Positions 1 to 9,807 of a stretch of DNA of 64,000 nt are shown here, piece by piece (within the stretch, counting starts at the first letter, position 1; each line of letters begins with the position of its first letter). Source of the DNA: Verrucomicrobiota bacterium (GTDB lineage Bacteria > Verrucomicrobiota > Verrucomicrobiia > Opitutales > Cerasicoccaceae); assembly GCA_039818205.1 (NCBI GenBank), contig JBCBUK010000001.1, positions 256,001 to 320,000 of the forward strand. The letters are read 5' to 3'. Made by a program: the position numbers and the translations under genes. The notes below the pieces were generated by a model. That model did not search any database, had not been told where the DNA came from, and saw only the letters and a list, made by a program, of their open reading frames with translations.

Positions 1-197
1 TTAAGATCACTCAGCGCATGATGGAGCCACCAACGCGATGCCCCACCTAATCGCCAATCTCCTTCGCCGTTCTCATCGAGAATAAACAGAGCAACAATCG
101 GCTCACTACGCATAATGGCGGCCTGTAAAGCTGGATTATCGGTAACTCGTAGGTCGGTACGAAACCATAGAATGGTAGGAGATTGGACAGGGCTCAC
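1..197 (-). CDS. phrB: Deoxyribodipyrimidine photolyase, 5' part (runs off the window start)
   Basis: Not in the ORF track. Manual translation from GTG at 197 gives MSPVQSPTILWFRTDLRVTDNPALQAA...LFILDE...GGASRWWLHHALSDL, the typical photolyase N-terminus (WFRxDLRxxDNPAL; GxASRWWLHH). Confidence 0.85.
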   Translation of the reverse strand, partial: MSPVQSPTILWFRTDLRVTDNPALQAAIMRSEPIVALFILDENGEGDWRLGGASRWWLHHALSDL

Positions 198-298
198 CCG
201 CGAAACATGGGTTAGTTCACCTTAGTCTGCAACCGGGCTGGCCTTTTTTTGCCTCAATTGGACACCAACACTTTGGGGAGCAAAGTTCCAAAAACATC

Positions 299-724
299 TC
301 AAGGATTCGCCCGAAGCCTTTTAGGCAGGAACAAAATAAAGCTTTGCGCAACAAGCATTGCGGTGAGGTAAAAGAATAACCACTCCTCAATTGGAACACC
401 AAAAGGTTTCAGCAGGAAATAGATGAGTCCGTTGGGTTTCTCACTCAAGTAACCCGCCAGTATTAGCTGCTCATCGAAGTGCCATACGTGAAATGAAACG
501 GCTACGATGTCCGTAAGGATAAGGTAGGTTCCTAGAATGAGGGTCGGCCCGAAGACCGCTCTACGATTGGCCCACAGTAATTTTGGAAATCCGAGCCACT
601 GCAAAAGCACAATACCACCAATCCACGCCACGAGGTGAAACGCGTAATACCATTGGCCTGGCAGCCACTGTGAGTAAATATCCACGAGTCCGAATAAAGT
701 AGGTGCGAACAAAAGAGCAACCAA
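299..724 (-). CDS. Lycopene cyclase domain membrane protein (CrtYc/Yd-like)
   Basis: Hydrophobic 141-aa ORF with TDIVAVSFHVWHF and FGVPIEEWLFF, matching the D...W.F / PxEExxFF signature of membrane lycopene cyclase domains. Confidence 0.7.
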   Translation of the reverse strand: MVALLFAPTLFGLVDIYSQWLPGQWYYAFHLVAWIGGIVLLQWLGFPKLLWANRRAVFGPTLILGTYLILTDIVAVSFHVWHFDEQLILAGYLSEKPNGLIYFLLKPFGVPIEEWLFFYLTAMLVAQSFILFLPKRLRANP

Positions 725-735
725 GAGAACGAGTT

Positions 736-771
736 AAAAAAATTCCGTCACGCATGGACACGTGACGGAAT
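736..771 (-). terminator. Rho-independent terminator after the RHH gene
   Basis: Stem ATTCCGTCACG (742-752) / CGTGACGGAAT (761-771), with an A-tract ending at the stem that reads as a U-tract on the minus strand. Confidence 0.75.
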
Positions 772-824
772 CTTCTAAACGCCTTTGGGGGAAGCGAGGT
801 ATACAGGACTAAGCCTATATTTGT

Positions 825-1037
825 TTACTTAGTTTTCTTATTACGGAAGCGCTTCTTCGGCTCAGCAACAACAACCTCGGTTTCAGCCAATTCCTCAAGG
901 TGAGTTGCTATAAAGTTCGACCGATTGCGGTTTTCCGTAGCAGCAAGACGATCGATTTTATCAACCAGGCTTTGTGGGAGACTGATCGAGATTTGAGTTT
1001 TGCCGGGCGCGCGCCCGTGAGTTTGTTTTTTAGCCAT
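825..1037 (-). CDS. Ribbon-helix-helix (CopG/MetJ-like) DNA-binding protein
   Basis: TQISISLPQSLVDKIDRLAATENRNRSNFI is a beta-strand-helix-helix RHH pattern; it is followed by its own terminator. Confidence 0.75.
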   Translation of the reverse strand: MAKKQTHGRAPGKTQISISLPQSLVDKIDRLAATENRNRSNFIATHLEELAETEVVVAEPKKRFRNKKTK

Positions 1038-1269
1038 AGTCTAGTTTTATTGTTAATCAGGAGCGATATTCTTACAGTTTTTGGACTTCGCTAACCAATC
1101 ACCAAATGGCAATTAGGTTAAGCTATGCACCAATTACTTTATAAAATCGGCACAAATGCAAATCCCCATAACCATAAAATGTAACGGTTAAACCCAGAAT
1201 ATCAAATGGGCAAACCGTTTTTTTCAACTAACCGTGGCTAATTTTCTTTCAAAAAGAGACGCGCTCTCA

Positions 1270-2148
1270 CTAACCGTAAATCGAAAGAAGCGTGTCACCA
1301 ATCTCTGAAGGCGTGGGAGCAACCGCGATTCCAGCATCTTTTAGCGCAGCAATCTTGGTCTCAGCACTTCCACTAGAACCGGATACAATAGCACCCGCGT
1401 GTCCCATCCGACGCCCTGGAGGTGCCGTTGTTCCCGCGATAAAAGCAGCAACCGGCTTCTTGACGTATTCTTTAATGTAAGCTGCGGCCTCTTCTTCAGC
1501 GGATCCACCAATCTCACCAATCAAGATGATGGCTTCGGTTTCAGGGTCCTCATTAAAAAGCTTAACGGCATCCAAGTGACTGGTGCCATTGATGGGGTCA
1601 CCGCCGATGCCAATGCAGGTGCTCTGACCGTGCCCACGCTGAGTCAATTGATAAACGGCTTCGTAAGTAAGTGTACCAGAACGGCTCACGACACCAACTT
1701 TGCCAGGCTGGGCAATGTATCCAGGCATAATACCAATATTACACTCACCCGGAGTCATCACACCAGGGCAATTTGGCCCAATGAGGCGCGTCCGGCCGTT
1801 GGACTTCTTCAAAGCGTCCTTCACGGGCATCATATCACGGACCGGGATACCCTCGGTGATGCAAATCACCAACTCAATGCCGGCATCAATCGCTTCCAAA
1901 ATAGAATCGGCTGCAAACAATGGCGGAACAAAAATGACTGAGGTGTTCGCCCCCTCCTTCTCCACCGCTTCATGGACAGAGTTAAATACGGGCAGTTTAT
2001 CTTCCCAGGTGAGTCCACCCTTGCCTGGAGTTACCGCAGCTACGTAATTCGAGCCGTAGGCGATATTGTTTAAAGCATGCTTGGTTCCCTCGCGACCGGT
2101 AATTCCCTGGCCAACGATACGGGTATCTTTTCCAACTAGAACGCTCAT
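1270..2148 (-). CDS. sucD: Succinyl-CoA ligase alpha subunit
   Basis: [25 protein letters not shown] and the phospho-His motif RRMGHAGAI. Confidence 0.98.
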   Translation of the reverse strand: MSVLVGKDTRIVGQGITGREGTKHALNNIAYGSNYVAAVTPGKGGLTWEDKLPVFNSVHEAVEKEGANTSVIFVPPLFAADSILEAIDAGIELVICITEGIPVRDMMPVKDALKKSNGRTRLIGPNCPGVMTPGECNIGIMPGYIAQPGKVGVVSRSGTLTYEAVYQLTQRGHGQSTCIGIGGDPINGTSHLDAVKLFNEDPETEAIILIGEIGGSAEEEAAAYIKEYVKKPVAAFIAGTTAPPGRRMGHAGAIVSGSSGSAETKIAALKDAGIAVAPTPSEIGDTLLSIYG

Positions 2149-2179
2149 GATATCAAATAGTTAAAGGATTAGAAATTGC

Positions 2180-3373
2180 TTAGGCTTTTTGATCCGCGAC
2201 CAACTTAACGATTTTTTGGGCCGCGTCCGCCAATGAATCGGCCGGGGTGAGCGCCAAACCGCTATCCGAAAGCGCCTGCTTTCCCTCAGCAACCGAGTTG
2301 CCTTCCAACCGCACAACCAGAGGAACGGTAATGTCGACGTTCTTTGCCGCCTCAATAATGCCGTCCGCGATCGTCTTACAGCTCATAATCCCACCGAAAA
2401 TATTCACCAGGATGCCTTCCACGTTTGGATCGCTCAGGATAATCTTGAATGCCTCGGTGACCTGATCAGCATTCGCCCCGCCACCAACATCAAGAAAGTT
2501 AGCAGGATTGCCACCGTAGTGCTTAATAATGTCCATCGTGGCCATCGCCAATCCCGCTCCATTGACCAGACAGGCAATATTTCCATCCAAGGCAATGTAG
2601 CTTAGACCGGCGTCCGACGCGCGGACCTCCTTGGGATCCTCCTCGCCGAGGTCGCGCAAAGCCTTGATATCAGGCTGGCGGGCCAAAGCGTTGCTGTCGA
2701 AATTCACCTTCGCGTCAAGCGCCAAAATATCGCCAGCAGGAGTCGTGATCAGCGGATTGATCTCCGCCATCGAACAATCCGTGTCCCAGAACATGCGGTA
2801 AAGACCAGTCAGCAACTTATCGAGCTGCTTCAACTGAGCCTTGTCCGAAAATCCCAGACCAAATGCAATCTGGCGCTTATGGAACGGCATGATGCCGGTC
2901 GCAGGGTCGATCAACACCCGAATAATTTTCTCCGGACTCTCCTCGGCCACAGTTTCGATATCCACACCGCCTTCGGTCGAGGCAATGATCACTGGCTTAC
3001 TCGTTGCGCGGTCGAGCAGGATCGCCAGGTAGTATTCCTTTTGAATGTCGCTCGCCTCCGTAAAGTAGACCGTCTTGACCTCACGACCTTCAGGGCCCGT
3101 CTGGTGAGTGACGAGGGTGTTACCCAACATGCTCTTGGCAGCTTCAATAGCCTCGCCTCGGGGGAGAACCTTGACGCCACCCTTATAACCATCGGTGAAG
3201 GTGCCCTTACCGCGACCTCCGGCGTGGATCTGAGACTTCACCACAATAGTGTCGCCTTCGATAGATGCCAACGCGGACTCAAAATCGGCCTCACTCTGGG
3301 CCGCTTGACCGCCGGGAACGGCGATACCGAATTGGGAGAACAGTTCTTTCGCTTGATACTCGTGAATATTCAT
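2180..3373 (-). CDS. sucC: Succinyl-CoA ligase beta subunit
   Basis: [46 protein letters not shown]. Confidence 0.98.
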   Translation of the reverse strand: MNIHEYQAKELFSQFGIAVPGGQAAQSEADFESALASIEGDTIVVKSQIHAGGRGKGTFTDGYKGGVKVLPRGEAIEAAKSMLGNTLVTHQTGPEGREVKTVYFTEASDIQKEYYLAILLDRATSKPVIIASTEGGVDIETVAEESPEKIIRVLIDPATGIMPFHKRQIAFGLGFSDKAQLKQLDKLLTGLYRMFWDTDCSMAEINPLITTPAGDILALDAKVNFDSNALARQPDIKALRDLGEEDPKEVRASDAGLSYIALDGNIACLVNGAGLAMATMDIIKHYGGNPANFLDVGGGANADQVTEAFKIILSDPNVEGILVNIFGGIMSCKTIADGIIEAAKNVDITVPLVVRLEGNSVAEGKQALSDSGLALTPADSLADAAQKIVKLVADQKA

Positions 3374-3484
3374 GGGATTTAGTGCAGCTGGGTGGCTGAG
3401 TGTTTGATCAAGCCAGTTTTTGGCAATGTTATTCTGAATGAAAACGTCTGTTTTTGCGCGTTTTTATCGGAGTTGATTCAATTT

Positions 3485-3531
3485 AAAATGAACCAACGTT
3501 CATTTTTCGATCAGCCTACTAAAAAATGAAC
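3485..3531. promoter_or_regulatory. Candidate operator upstream of sucC
   Basis: Perfect inverted repeat AAAATGAAC-N4-GTTCATTTT (3485-3506) plus a third half-site AAAATGAAC (3523-3531). Confidence 0.45.
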
Positions 3532-3533
3532 AA

Positions 3534-4271
3534 CTAACCTCCAGATATAATTGAATCCTGAATTTGTGAGATCTCGACGATGCCTTTTTTTGCAAGGGAA
3601 AGCAATCGATCGAGCTGCTCCTGGGAAAAAGTCGCCTCCTCGCCCGATCCTTGAACTTCAACAAATTGACCCTCGTTGGTCATCACCACGTTGAAATCGA
3701 CCTCCGCGTCACGGTCTTCGACGTAGGGCAAATCTAAGACCTCTAGCCCTTGCCAGACACCGACGCTCACCGCAGCCACCGAACTCGGGATAGGGTCCTC
3801 CGCCAAAACACCATCTTCGATCAAGCGTTTCACCGCGAGCTTGGCGGCAACGTAGGCCCCCGAAATCGATGCGGTTCGCGTTCCTCCATCGGCTTGGAGG
3901 ACATCACAGTCAATCCAGAGCGTCATGCCCGGAAGCTTCTTCAAATCCACCACGGCGCGCATCGAGCGCCCGATCAGGCGTTGGATTTCGATAGTGCGGC
4001 CGTCAACCCTTCCGCGAGAGCTGTCCCGCGCCTTTCGATCGAGGGTCGAGTACGGAAGCATCGAGTACTCGGCGGTAATCCAGCCACCGTCAACTCCTTG
4101 GGACGACATCCAACCGGGGACGCGCTTCTCAATGGTTGCTCCGCAGATCACGCGAGTATTGCCGAAACTCACCAGGACAGAGCCCGTTGCATTTGGCGCA
4201 ATGCCAGGTTCAAAAGAAATGGGACGAAGTTGGTCGACCAGGCGACCATCTAAACGAATGTTATCAGTCAT
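3534..4271 (-). CDS. rph: Ribonuclease PH
   Basis: GWITAEYSMLP, GRTIEIQRLIGRS, DCDVLQADGGTRTAS. Confidence 0.97.
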   Translation of the reverse strand: MTDNIRLDGRLVDQLRPISFEPGIAPNATGSVLVSFGNTRVICGATIEKRVPGWMSSQGVDGGWITAEYSMLPYSTLDRKARDSSRGRVDGRTIEIQRLIGRSMRAVVDLKKLPGMTLWIDCDVLQADGGTRTASISGAYVAAKLAVKRLIEDGVLAEDPIPSSVAAVSVGVWQGLEVLDLPYVEDRDAEVDFNVVMTNEGQFVEVQGSGEEATFSQEQLDRLLSLAKKGIVEISQIQDSIISGG

Positions 4272-4305
4272 AGATTGGCGTAACGATTTACAGCTTGGCT
4301 TCTAG

Positions 4306-4354
4306 AAACAAAAAACTCCGGACGGTTTTCCAATGAAAAACCACAATCCGGAGT
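4306..4354 (-). terminator. Rho-independent terminator after the DUF481 gene
   Basis: Stem ACTCCGGA (4315-4322) / TCCGGAGT (4347-4354), inner GGTTTT/AAAACC pairing and an adjacent A-tract. Confidence 0.6.
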
Positions 4355-4376
4355 GTAAATGGAACAAAAACTTACC

Positions 4377-5402
4377 TTAGTAGGGTATGCCTAGGCCGAA
4401 GATAAGTTGTTGCTCTTTCTTTGTGCCTCCGGTGCCAACTGTATTATCAAAGTCCAGCTGGTAAGCGACAGTGGCGTCAATCCAGTCACCGAGCTTACTG
4501 ATCAATGCCGCCCGGAACATGTATTGGTAATCACTGGTATCCGCTGGAGCGACACTTGCCGATGCCGACTGTTCGAAGCGAACAATTTCGCTGAACTGAT
4601 ACATGAAATCCTCTTTCAGCGTTGCGAGGTGGAACCATTTTTCAGAAACACCTTCCGCATCCTTATACTGCAGGGTGTAAGCCGGGATAACGGTCAATGT
4701 CATGTGCTCCTCGCGGAGGATTCGGAAACCAATACCAAGATCCAAATCAGCTTGGTGACGGATGTCTTTCACCTGATCGCGCAGATACTTCAGATCCGAG
4801 TTAAAGAAAATCCATTCATTAAAGTCGCGGTCGTAGCCAACACCCGCACCGTATTTGTCCAAATTCTTATTAAACGTTCCATTGGTCTGCTCCTGACGGT
4901 TGTAGTCATAGAACATGTTGAAGCGGTAATGATTCGGTGCCGCATCTTTTTTACCATCCAAGCCAAACTTGATTGCGAGCGATTCGGTGTCGGTCTCAAT
5001 ATAGGTCATGCCGAAAGAGAGCTTACCGGTCCATCCCTCTGGAACGACGCTGTCCACCCAATCCTGAGCTTCCTTGATCGAAGCAGTGACGGCATCGATC
5101 TCTTCTTGATCCTCTTCGGTGACGGTTTCGTCCGCAGCTGGAGCATCAGCGTCAGCCGCGATTTCATCGGCGGTTGCCGCCGCATCAGCCACGCTTGGAC
5201 CGGGATCCATCTGAACCGTCGCCTTTTCGGCCGAAACGGAAATATTACCTAAGAGTGGCGAATTAAAGGTAATGACACCGTCTTGGTCACTCACGAAGGT
5301 TCCGGAGATTCGATCTCCGTTATCCAGAATGAGCATATCAGTCGCGTGAGCCGCCGAAGAGACGAGTAGCGCGGAAGTCAATAGGAGTATCTGACGCAGC
5401 AT
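4377..5402 (-). CDS. DUF481-family outer-membrane beta-barrel protein
   Basis: Signal peptide from the probable ATG at 5402 (ORF track extends to 5444), N-terminal D.L.L.NGD.ISG module, acidic linker, amphipathic beta-strands and a C-terminal aromatic residue (GLGIPY). Confidence 0.7.
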   Translation of the reverse strand: MLRQILLLTSALLVSSAAHATDMLILDNGDRISGTFVSDQDGVITFNSPLLGNISVSAEKATVQMDPGPSVADAAATADEIAADADAPAADETVTEEDQEEIDAVTASIKEAQDWVDSVVPEGWTGKLSFGMTYIETDTESLAIKFGLDGKKDAAPNHYRFNMFYDYNRQEQTNGTFNKNLDKYGAGVGYDRDFNEWIFFNSDLKYLRDQVKDIRHQADLDLGIGFRILREEHMTLTVIPAYTLQYKDAEGVSEKWFHLATLKEDFMYQFSEIVRFEQSASASVAPADTSDYQYMFRAALISKLGDWIDATVAYQLDFDNTVGTGGTKKEQQLIFGLGIPY

Positions 5403-5565
5403 ATCGGCAACGAAGTTGGATAAGCTTTCGTTATTTTCAACCAAAATCTGCAGTTACATTGTAAACGAATTATTTCGGGGAATCGCGACCGAGGGTTGAC
5501 GGCAAGCGGCTCAGCACCATTATTTACTCGCTTCAGCACCAGATTCTCTTCTGAAAAGGATACTT

Positions 5566-6963
5566 ATGGCGGAAACAAGCACCTATGACTTAGTAGTAAT
5601 CGGCGGCGGACCAGCAGGCTACGCTGGCGCTATTCGCGCGGGGCAACTCGGCAAGAAAGTTGCCTGTGTGGAAATGGAACGAGCGGGTGGTACTTGCCTG
5701 AACTGGGGCTGTATCCCATCTAAGGCCCTCTTGAAAAGCGCCGAGCTCTATCAGAAGATGTTGCACGCCGACGAGTTCGGTTTCACCTGTGGTAAAATCG
5801 ATGTCGACTTTCCAAAGGTCGTTGAACGCTCTCGTGGCGTGGCTGACCAGATGGCCAAAGGAATTGAATTTCTCTTCAAGAAGAACAAAGTCGACTACAT
5901 CAATGGCCAGGCGCAAATCAGCGTTCCCGGCATGGTCGAGATCCTTTCCGGCGATCGCAAAGGCGAATTTCTTTCCGCAAAGAATATTCTGGTAGCGACC
6001 GGTTGCCGTGCGCGCATGTTGCCTGGTCTTGAAAAAGATGGCAAACAGGTGATGACCGCCCGAGAGATTCTGGATCGCCGCGACTTGCCCAAAAGCTGCA
6101 TCGTACTGGGTGCGGGTGCCATCGGGATGGAGTTTGCCTACTTTTTGAATGCATTCGGTTGCGAAGTCACCGTGCTTGAGATGATGGACCGCGTACTTCC
6201 CGTCGAGGACAACGACGTTTCCCGCTTCGTGGATAAGTCGTTCAAAAAACAAGGCGTGAAGGTAATGACCAACACCAAGGCCGAAGATATCAAGGTCCTC
6301 AAAAGCAAGGTCACGCTCAATGCGGTAAAGGGAGAAGAAACCGAGAAGCTCGAAGCCGAATCAATCTTGGTCGCGATCGGCGTCCAGGCCAATACAGATC
6401 AGCTACTTTCCAATCGAGTGAAGCTCGAGATGAACCGCAACTACATCAAGGTTGACGAGCACTACCGCACCAGCGTTCAGGGCATCTACGCAGCTGGTGA
6501 TATCATCGGGCCACCATGGCTCGCTCACGTCGCGACTTACGAAGCAGTCCAAGCCGTCAATGGCATGTTCGGTAGCGGCGAGCCCCGCCCCTACGAGCGC
6601 TTCCCCGGTTGCACCTACTGCCAGCCACAGGTTGCTAGCATTGGCCTAACCGAGCGTGATGTAAAAGAAAAGGGCATCGCCTACAAAGTTGGCAAATTTC
6701 CGTTCACTGCCTCCGGTAAAGCAGTTGCCGCAAAGGAATCGGATGGTTTCGTTAAACTGATTGTTTCCGAGCCAGAGGGAGAAATCCTCGGCGCGCACAT
6801 CACGGGCGCAGAGGCCACTGAGCTCATCGCAGAATACGCGCTGGGCATGGAACTCGAAGCGACCTGGGAAGAGATTCACGGCACGATTCACGCGCACCCG
6901 ACCCTGTCGGAAGCGCTGATGGAAGCGGCGGCAGCGACCCACAACGAAGCGATCCACATTTAA
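5566..6963 (+). CDS. lpdA: Dihydrolipoyl dehydrogenase
   Basis: GGGPAGY, redox motif GGTCLNWGCIPSK, GAGAIGMEF and C-terminal HAHPTLSE. Confidence 0.97.
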   Translation: MAETSTYDLVVIGGGPAGYAGAIRAGQLGKKVACVEMERAGGTCLNWGCIPSKALLKSAELYQKMLHADEFGFTCGKIDVDFPKVVERSRGVADQMAKGIEFLFKKNKVDYINGQAQISVPGMVEILSGDRKGEFLSAKNILVATGCRARMLPGLEKDGKQVMTAREILDRRDLPKSCIVLGAGAIGMEFAYFLNAFGCEVTVLEMMDRVLPVEDNDVSRFVDKSFKKQGVKVMTNTKAEDIKVLKSKVTLNAVKGEETEKLEAESILVAIGVQANTDQLLSNRVKLEMNRNYIKVDEHYRTSVQGIYAAGDIIGPPWLAHVATYEAVQAVNGMFGSGEPRPYERFPGCTYCQPQVASIGLTERDVKEKGIAYKVGKFPFTASGKAVAAKESDGFVKLIVSEPEGEILGAHITGAEATELIAEYALGMELEATWEEIHGTIHAHPTLSEALMEAAAATHNEAIHI

Positions 6964-7027
6964 GCCTTCTAATGTCGTGCGGGCTGAGACTCTTGTAATT
7001 TCGGCCCGCAATTGACTGCCTTCGACC

Positions 7028-7660
7028 ATGACTCGATTCATCGTCATCCGCCATGGCGAGACTGAATGGAATGTTCAGCATCGCTACCAGGGCCAGTTGG
7101 ATTCCCCGCTAACGAAAAAGGGTGTCACTCAGGCTGAAGCAATCGCTGAACGACTGGCAGATTTCTCTTTTGATCGCCTAATCTCCAGTGACCTGGGACG
7201 CGCAGTTGATACCGCCGCCAAGATTGCCGCAAAGCACCCTAACCTCCCCTGGGAGAAAGATGCTAACCTGCGTGAACGCAATTTCGGCGTCCTGGCGGCA
7301 TTGACGCGCTCTGAAGCGGCCGAAAAGCTTCCCCGGGAGGAGGATGGCTACCTCAACGGTGGGGCTGATTTTCGGATTCCGGACGGCGAGAGTTTGCGAG
7401 ACGTTTATCTCCGATCCAGGCAAGCTTTTGACTATTGGGCGGAGGTCTGCGAGGGACAAACCGTCTGTGTCGTAACCCATGGCGGCCTCCTGGGAATGTT
7501 TTTGCGAAACGTCTTGGGCATCCCGGTAGAATCCGATCGCGCCTACAAATTCGTCAACGCAGCGTACAATGAATTTACCTACGAAGATGGAGCCTGGATC
7601 TTGCACGTTTGGGGTGATATAACCCACTTGGCGACCATCGGGGCGATCGACGATCTGTAG
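7028..7660 (+). CDS. Histidine phosphatase (phosphoglycerate mutase family)
   Basis: IRHGETEWN, SSDLGRA, LRERNFG, GES, VTHGG. Confidence 0.92.
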   Translation: MTRFIVIRHGETEWNVQHRYQGQLDSPLTKKGVTQAEAIAERLADFSFDRLISSDLGRAVDTAAKIAAKHPNLPWEKDANLRERNFGVLAALTRSEAAEKLPREEDGYLNGGADFRIPDGESLRDVYLRSRQAFDYWAEVCEGQTVCVVTHGGLLGMFLRNVLGIPVESDRAYKFVNAAYNEFTYEDGAWILHVWGDITHLATIGAIDDL

Positions 7661-7728
7661 GTTCTGCGAATGAAAAGCGAACTGCCCGCTTGACAGAACC
7701 TGAACCCACGGCTTTTTTCTGACTGCTT

Positions 7729-7968
7729 ATGGCTGATATCAACGACAAATGGCCTGAAAATATTGCAGGTAAGTTTTACGTAGACGAGCAATGCATCGAT
7801 TGTGATCTTTGCCGGGAAACAGCTCCCGACTTCTTCGCTCGCAGCGACGATGGCGGGTATTCCTACGTTATCAAGCAACCCGAGTCATCCGATGACGTGG
7901 ATCTATGCATGGAGGCCCTGGAGGGCTGCCCAGTTGAAGCCATTGGTGACGACGGTGACGAAGGCTAA
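7729..7968 (+). CDS. Ferredoxin (single Fe-S cluster type)
   Basis: CIDCDLC ... CPVEAIG in an acidic 79-aa protein. Confidence 0.92.
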   Translation: MADINDKWPENIAGKFYVDEQCIDCDLCRETAPDFFARSDDGGYSYVIKQPESSDDVDLCMEALEGCPVEAIGDDGDEG

Positions 7969-8083
7969 GTTCCTTGTCACCAGTCACATTTCAAACGCCC
8001 CGATCGAAGTTCGAAGCCCCGAATTTTAGCGTGGCTTACTAAATTTTGTTTGCGGATAAGGCCTACCTGAATAGACATTAAGT

Positions 8084-8230
8084 ATGGGTTCATCGAAGTA
8101 TACCCGCACCAATATACGTCGAGTTCGCAAACGGAGAAAAAATTTCGCCCCCTGGTTATTGGCCACCGGTGGGCTAGTTCTCATTGTGGTTGCTGCCTGG
8201 GCCTACTGGATTCTCCGCCTGAAACCCTGA
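8084..8230 (+). CDS. Putative small membrane protein (48 aa)
   Basis: Below the ORF-track cutoff: MGSSKYTRTNIRRVRKRRKNFAPWLLATGGLVLIVVAAWAYWILRLKP, a basic N-terminus followed by one TM helix, filling an otherwise empty gap. Confidence 0.45.
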   Translation: MGSSKYTRTNIRRVRKRRKNFAPWLLATGGLVLIVVAAWAYWILRLKP

Positions 8231-8309
8231 AGCCGGGATAGGATATCCGGTAGACTCAGCTGAAACGCAATCTTCCCGGGCAAGCAGTTGATCAAGCCTG
8301 GCAATTGGC

Positions 8310-8930
8310 TCATTCCAAACTGCGGAGATAATAGGCCAGATTCTCCATTGCCTCCTGGTCTTCGAGCAACATGGCAAACGGACGCATCATAGCGCCCTCT
8401 CGATCCTCCGCATGAGCACCGCGGACCCCAGATTTAAACTTTTCGAGCTGCGCGACGACATACCAATCGTTTAATCCTGCCAATTTTGGAGCTTTCAATG
8501 CATTGTTGCCCTCGCCCTTCGCTCCGTGGCAGGCGACACAATTTTGATAGAGCTTTTGGCCCGCTTGGACATTTCCCTTCTTCAACGTGTGGTTGGATTT
8601 GAGCTCCAAGCTAGCAAGGTAACTCGCGACATCAGAAATCGCCTGCTCCGACAAAGACCGACTAACTGGAGCCATGATTTTTCCGGCGTCGTCTTCCTGG
8701 TGTGCACCGCGAACACCGTTGCGAAATTTTCTTAGCTGCATCTCCAAATACCAACGCTCTCGCCCAGCTATATTTGGCGCCTGTCGCTGTTTACTCCCCT
8801 CGCCGTCAGTACCATGGCAGGAACGGCAATCCTCATAGATAAACACGGACCGACCACGTGAAACCGGATCAAAGGCCGACGCAATTGGAAGCATTCCACT
8901 AAGGAACCAAGCCAATAGCAATAGGCGCAT
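8310..8930 (-). CDS. Diheme cytochrome c (c4/c553 family)
   Basis: Signal peptide and two CxxCH motifs (CRSCH, CVACH) in internally duplicated halves with distal Met residues. Probable start 8930 (ORF track 8963). Confidence 0.9.
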   Translation of the reverse strand: MRLLLLAWFLSGMLPIASAFDPVSRGRSVFIYEDCRSCHGTDGEGSKQRQAPNIAGRERWYLEMQLRKFRNGVRGAHQEDDAGKIMAPVSRSLSEQAISDVASYLASLELKSNHTLKKGNVQAGQKLYQNCVACHGAKGEGNNALKAPKLAGLNDWYVVAQLEKFKSGVRGAHAEDREGAMMRPFAMLLEDQEAMENLAYYLRSLE

Positions 8931-8994
8931 GCAGTCGGACATCCGCCGAGAAATCCAAGCCATTGAGGGAATATTAGCGAATGATCCTTAACCG

Positions 8995-9786
8995 CTAAAG
9001 CTTCGCCGAGCTCTCCAGGGTAAAGGCAAGAACCGATCCCGATTGATACTCGATATCGTCACCTTTACGGATGAAACCTCCGGCGCCTCCCGCTGCAGCA
9101 CCAGCCGCAGCACCTTCACCCGCATCACCGGTGATCGCTCCAAAAATTGCACCCAACGCCGCACCTCGGGCAGCACCGCCAACGGTTTCCTTGGCACCAT
9201 TCCCCTGGTTTGCTTGCTGTTGAGTGCTCGTTCTTATGGCAACCAACCGCCCTTGGTAGTTGATCGCGTTGATCGTAAAAGATAGCTCCGCATCTTTGCG
9301 AAATCCACGACCGGCTGATCCAGCGGTCACAACCTCACCTTGTAGCTGCGTTCCCGCAGTCAATACGACATCGTTGCCGACCCGAACATCCGACACTAAG
9401 ACTGCCGGGAACGTTTGCCCGGGGCGAACGCTGCCAGAATTCAAGGGTGTTTGGAGTGACGCAACGAGAGTCGTTCCGGCTGGCAGTTCAATGTGCGATA
9501 CCGGTGCCGTTGGTTGTGCTGGGGCGGGCGCAGCTGCAGCGGTCGAACCTGCGCCAACGGGCACGGCTGGCGTCTCCTCAGAGAGCTTAATACTCGCAAC
9601 ACTGCTGCGGGGAAAATCCTGTGATATGCCGTTAAAGTAAAACTTGATCGAATCCGTGGTTCCACCCTGATAGGCACCTTGTAGCGTAGATCCATTACGC
9701 AATTCGAGCGTATCGGCCGAGACGATTGACGAAACCGCCAGAAAACAGAAGAAGATTATGAATTGTGCAGGCTGAGCAATTTTCAT
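8995..9786 (-). CDS. Exported protein with C-terminal glycine zipper
   Basis: Signal peptide, DTLELRNG N-domain, Pro/Ala linker, LPAGT beta-domain and GAARGAALGAIFGAITGDAGEGAAAGAAAGG glycine zipper. Confidence 0.65.
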   Translation of the reverse strand: MKIAQPAQFIIFFCFLAVSSIVSADTLELRNGSTLQGAYQGGTTDSIKFYFNGISQDFPRSSVASIKLSEETPAVPVGAGSTAAAAPAPAQPTAPVSHIELPAGTTLVASLQTPLNSGSVRPGQTFPAVLVSDVRVGNDVVLTAGTQLQGEVVTAGSAGRGFRKDAELSFTINAINYQGRLVAIRTSTQQQANQGNGAKETVGGAARGAALGAIFGAITGDAGEGAAAGAAAGGAGGFIRKGDDIEYQSGSVLAFTLESSAKL

Positions 9787-9807
9787 GACTTCTAGACTAT
9801 CGAATTC

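Noticed and set aside
1106..1117. ATGGCAATTAGG occurring here and at about 14578 upstream of glnD
   Set aside because: A single 12-mer match is expected by chance in 64 kb, and it lacks sigma-54 spacing.
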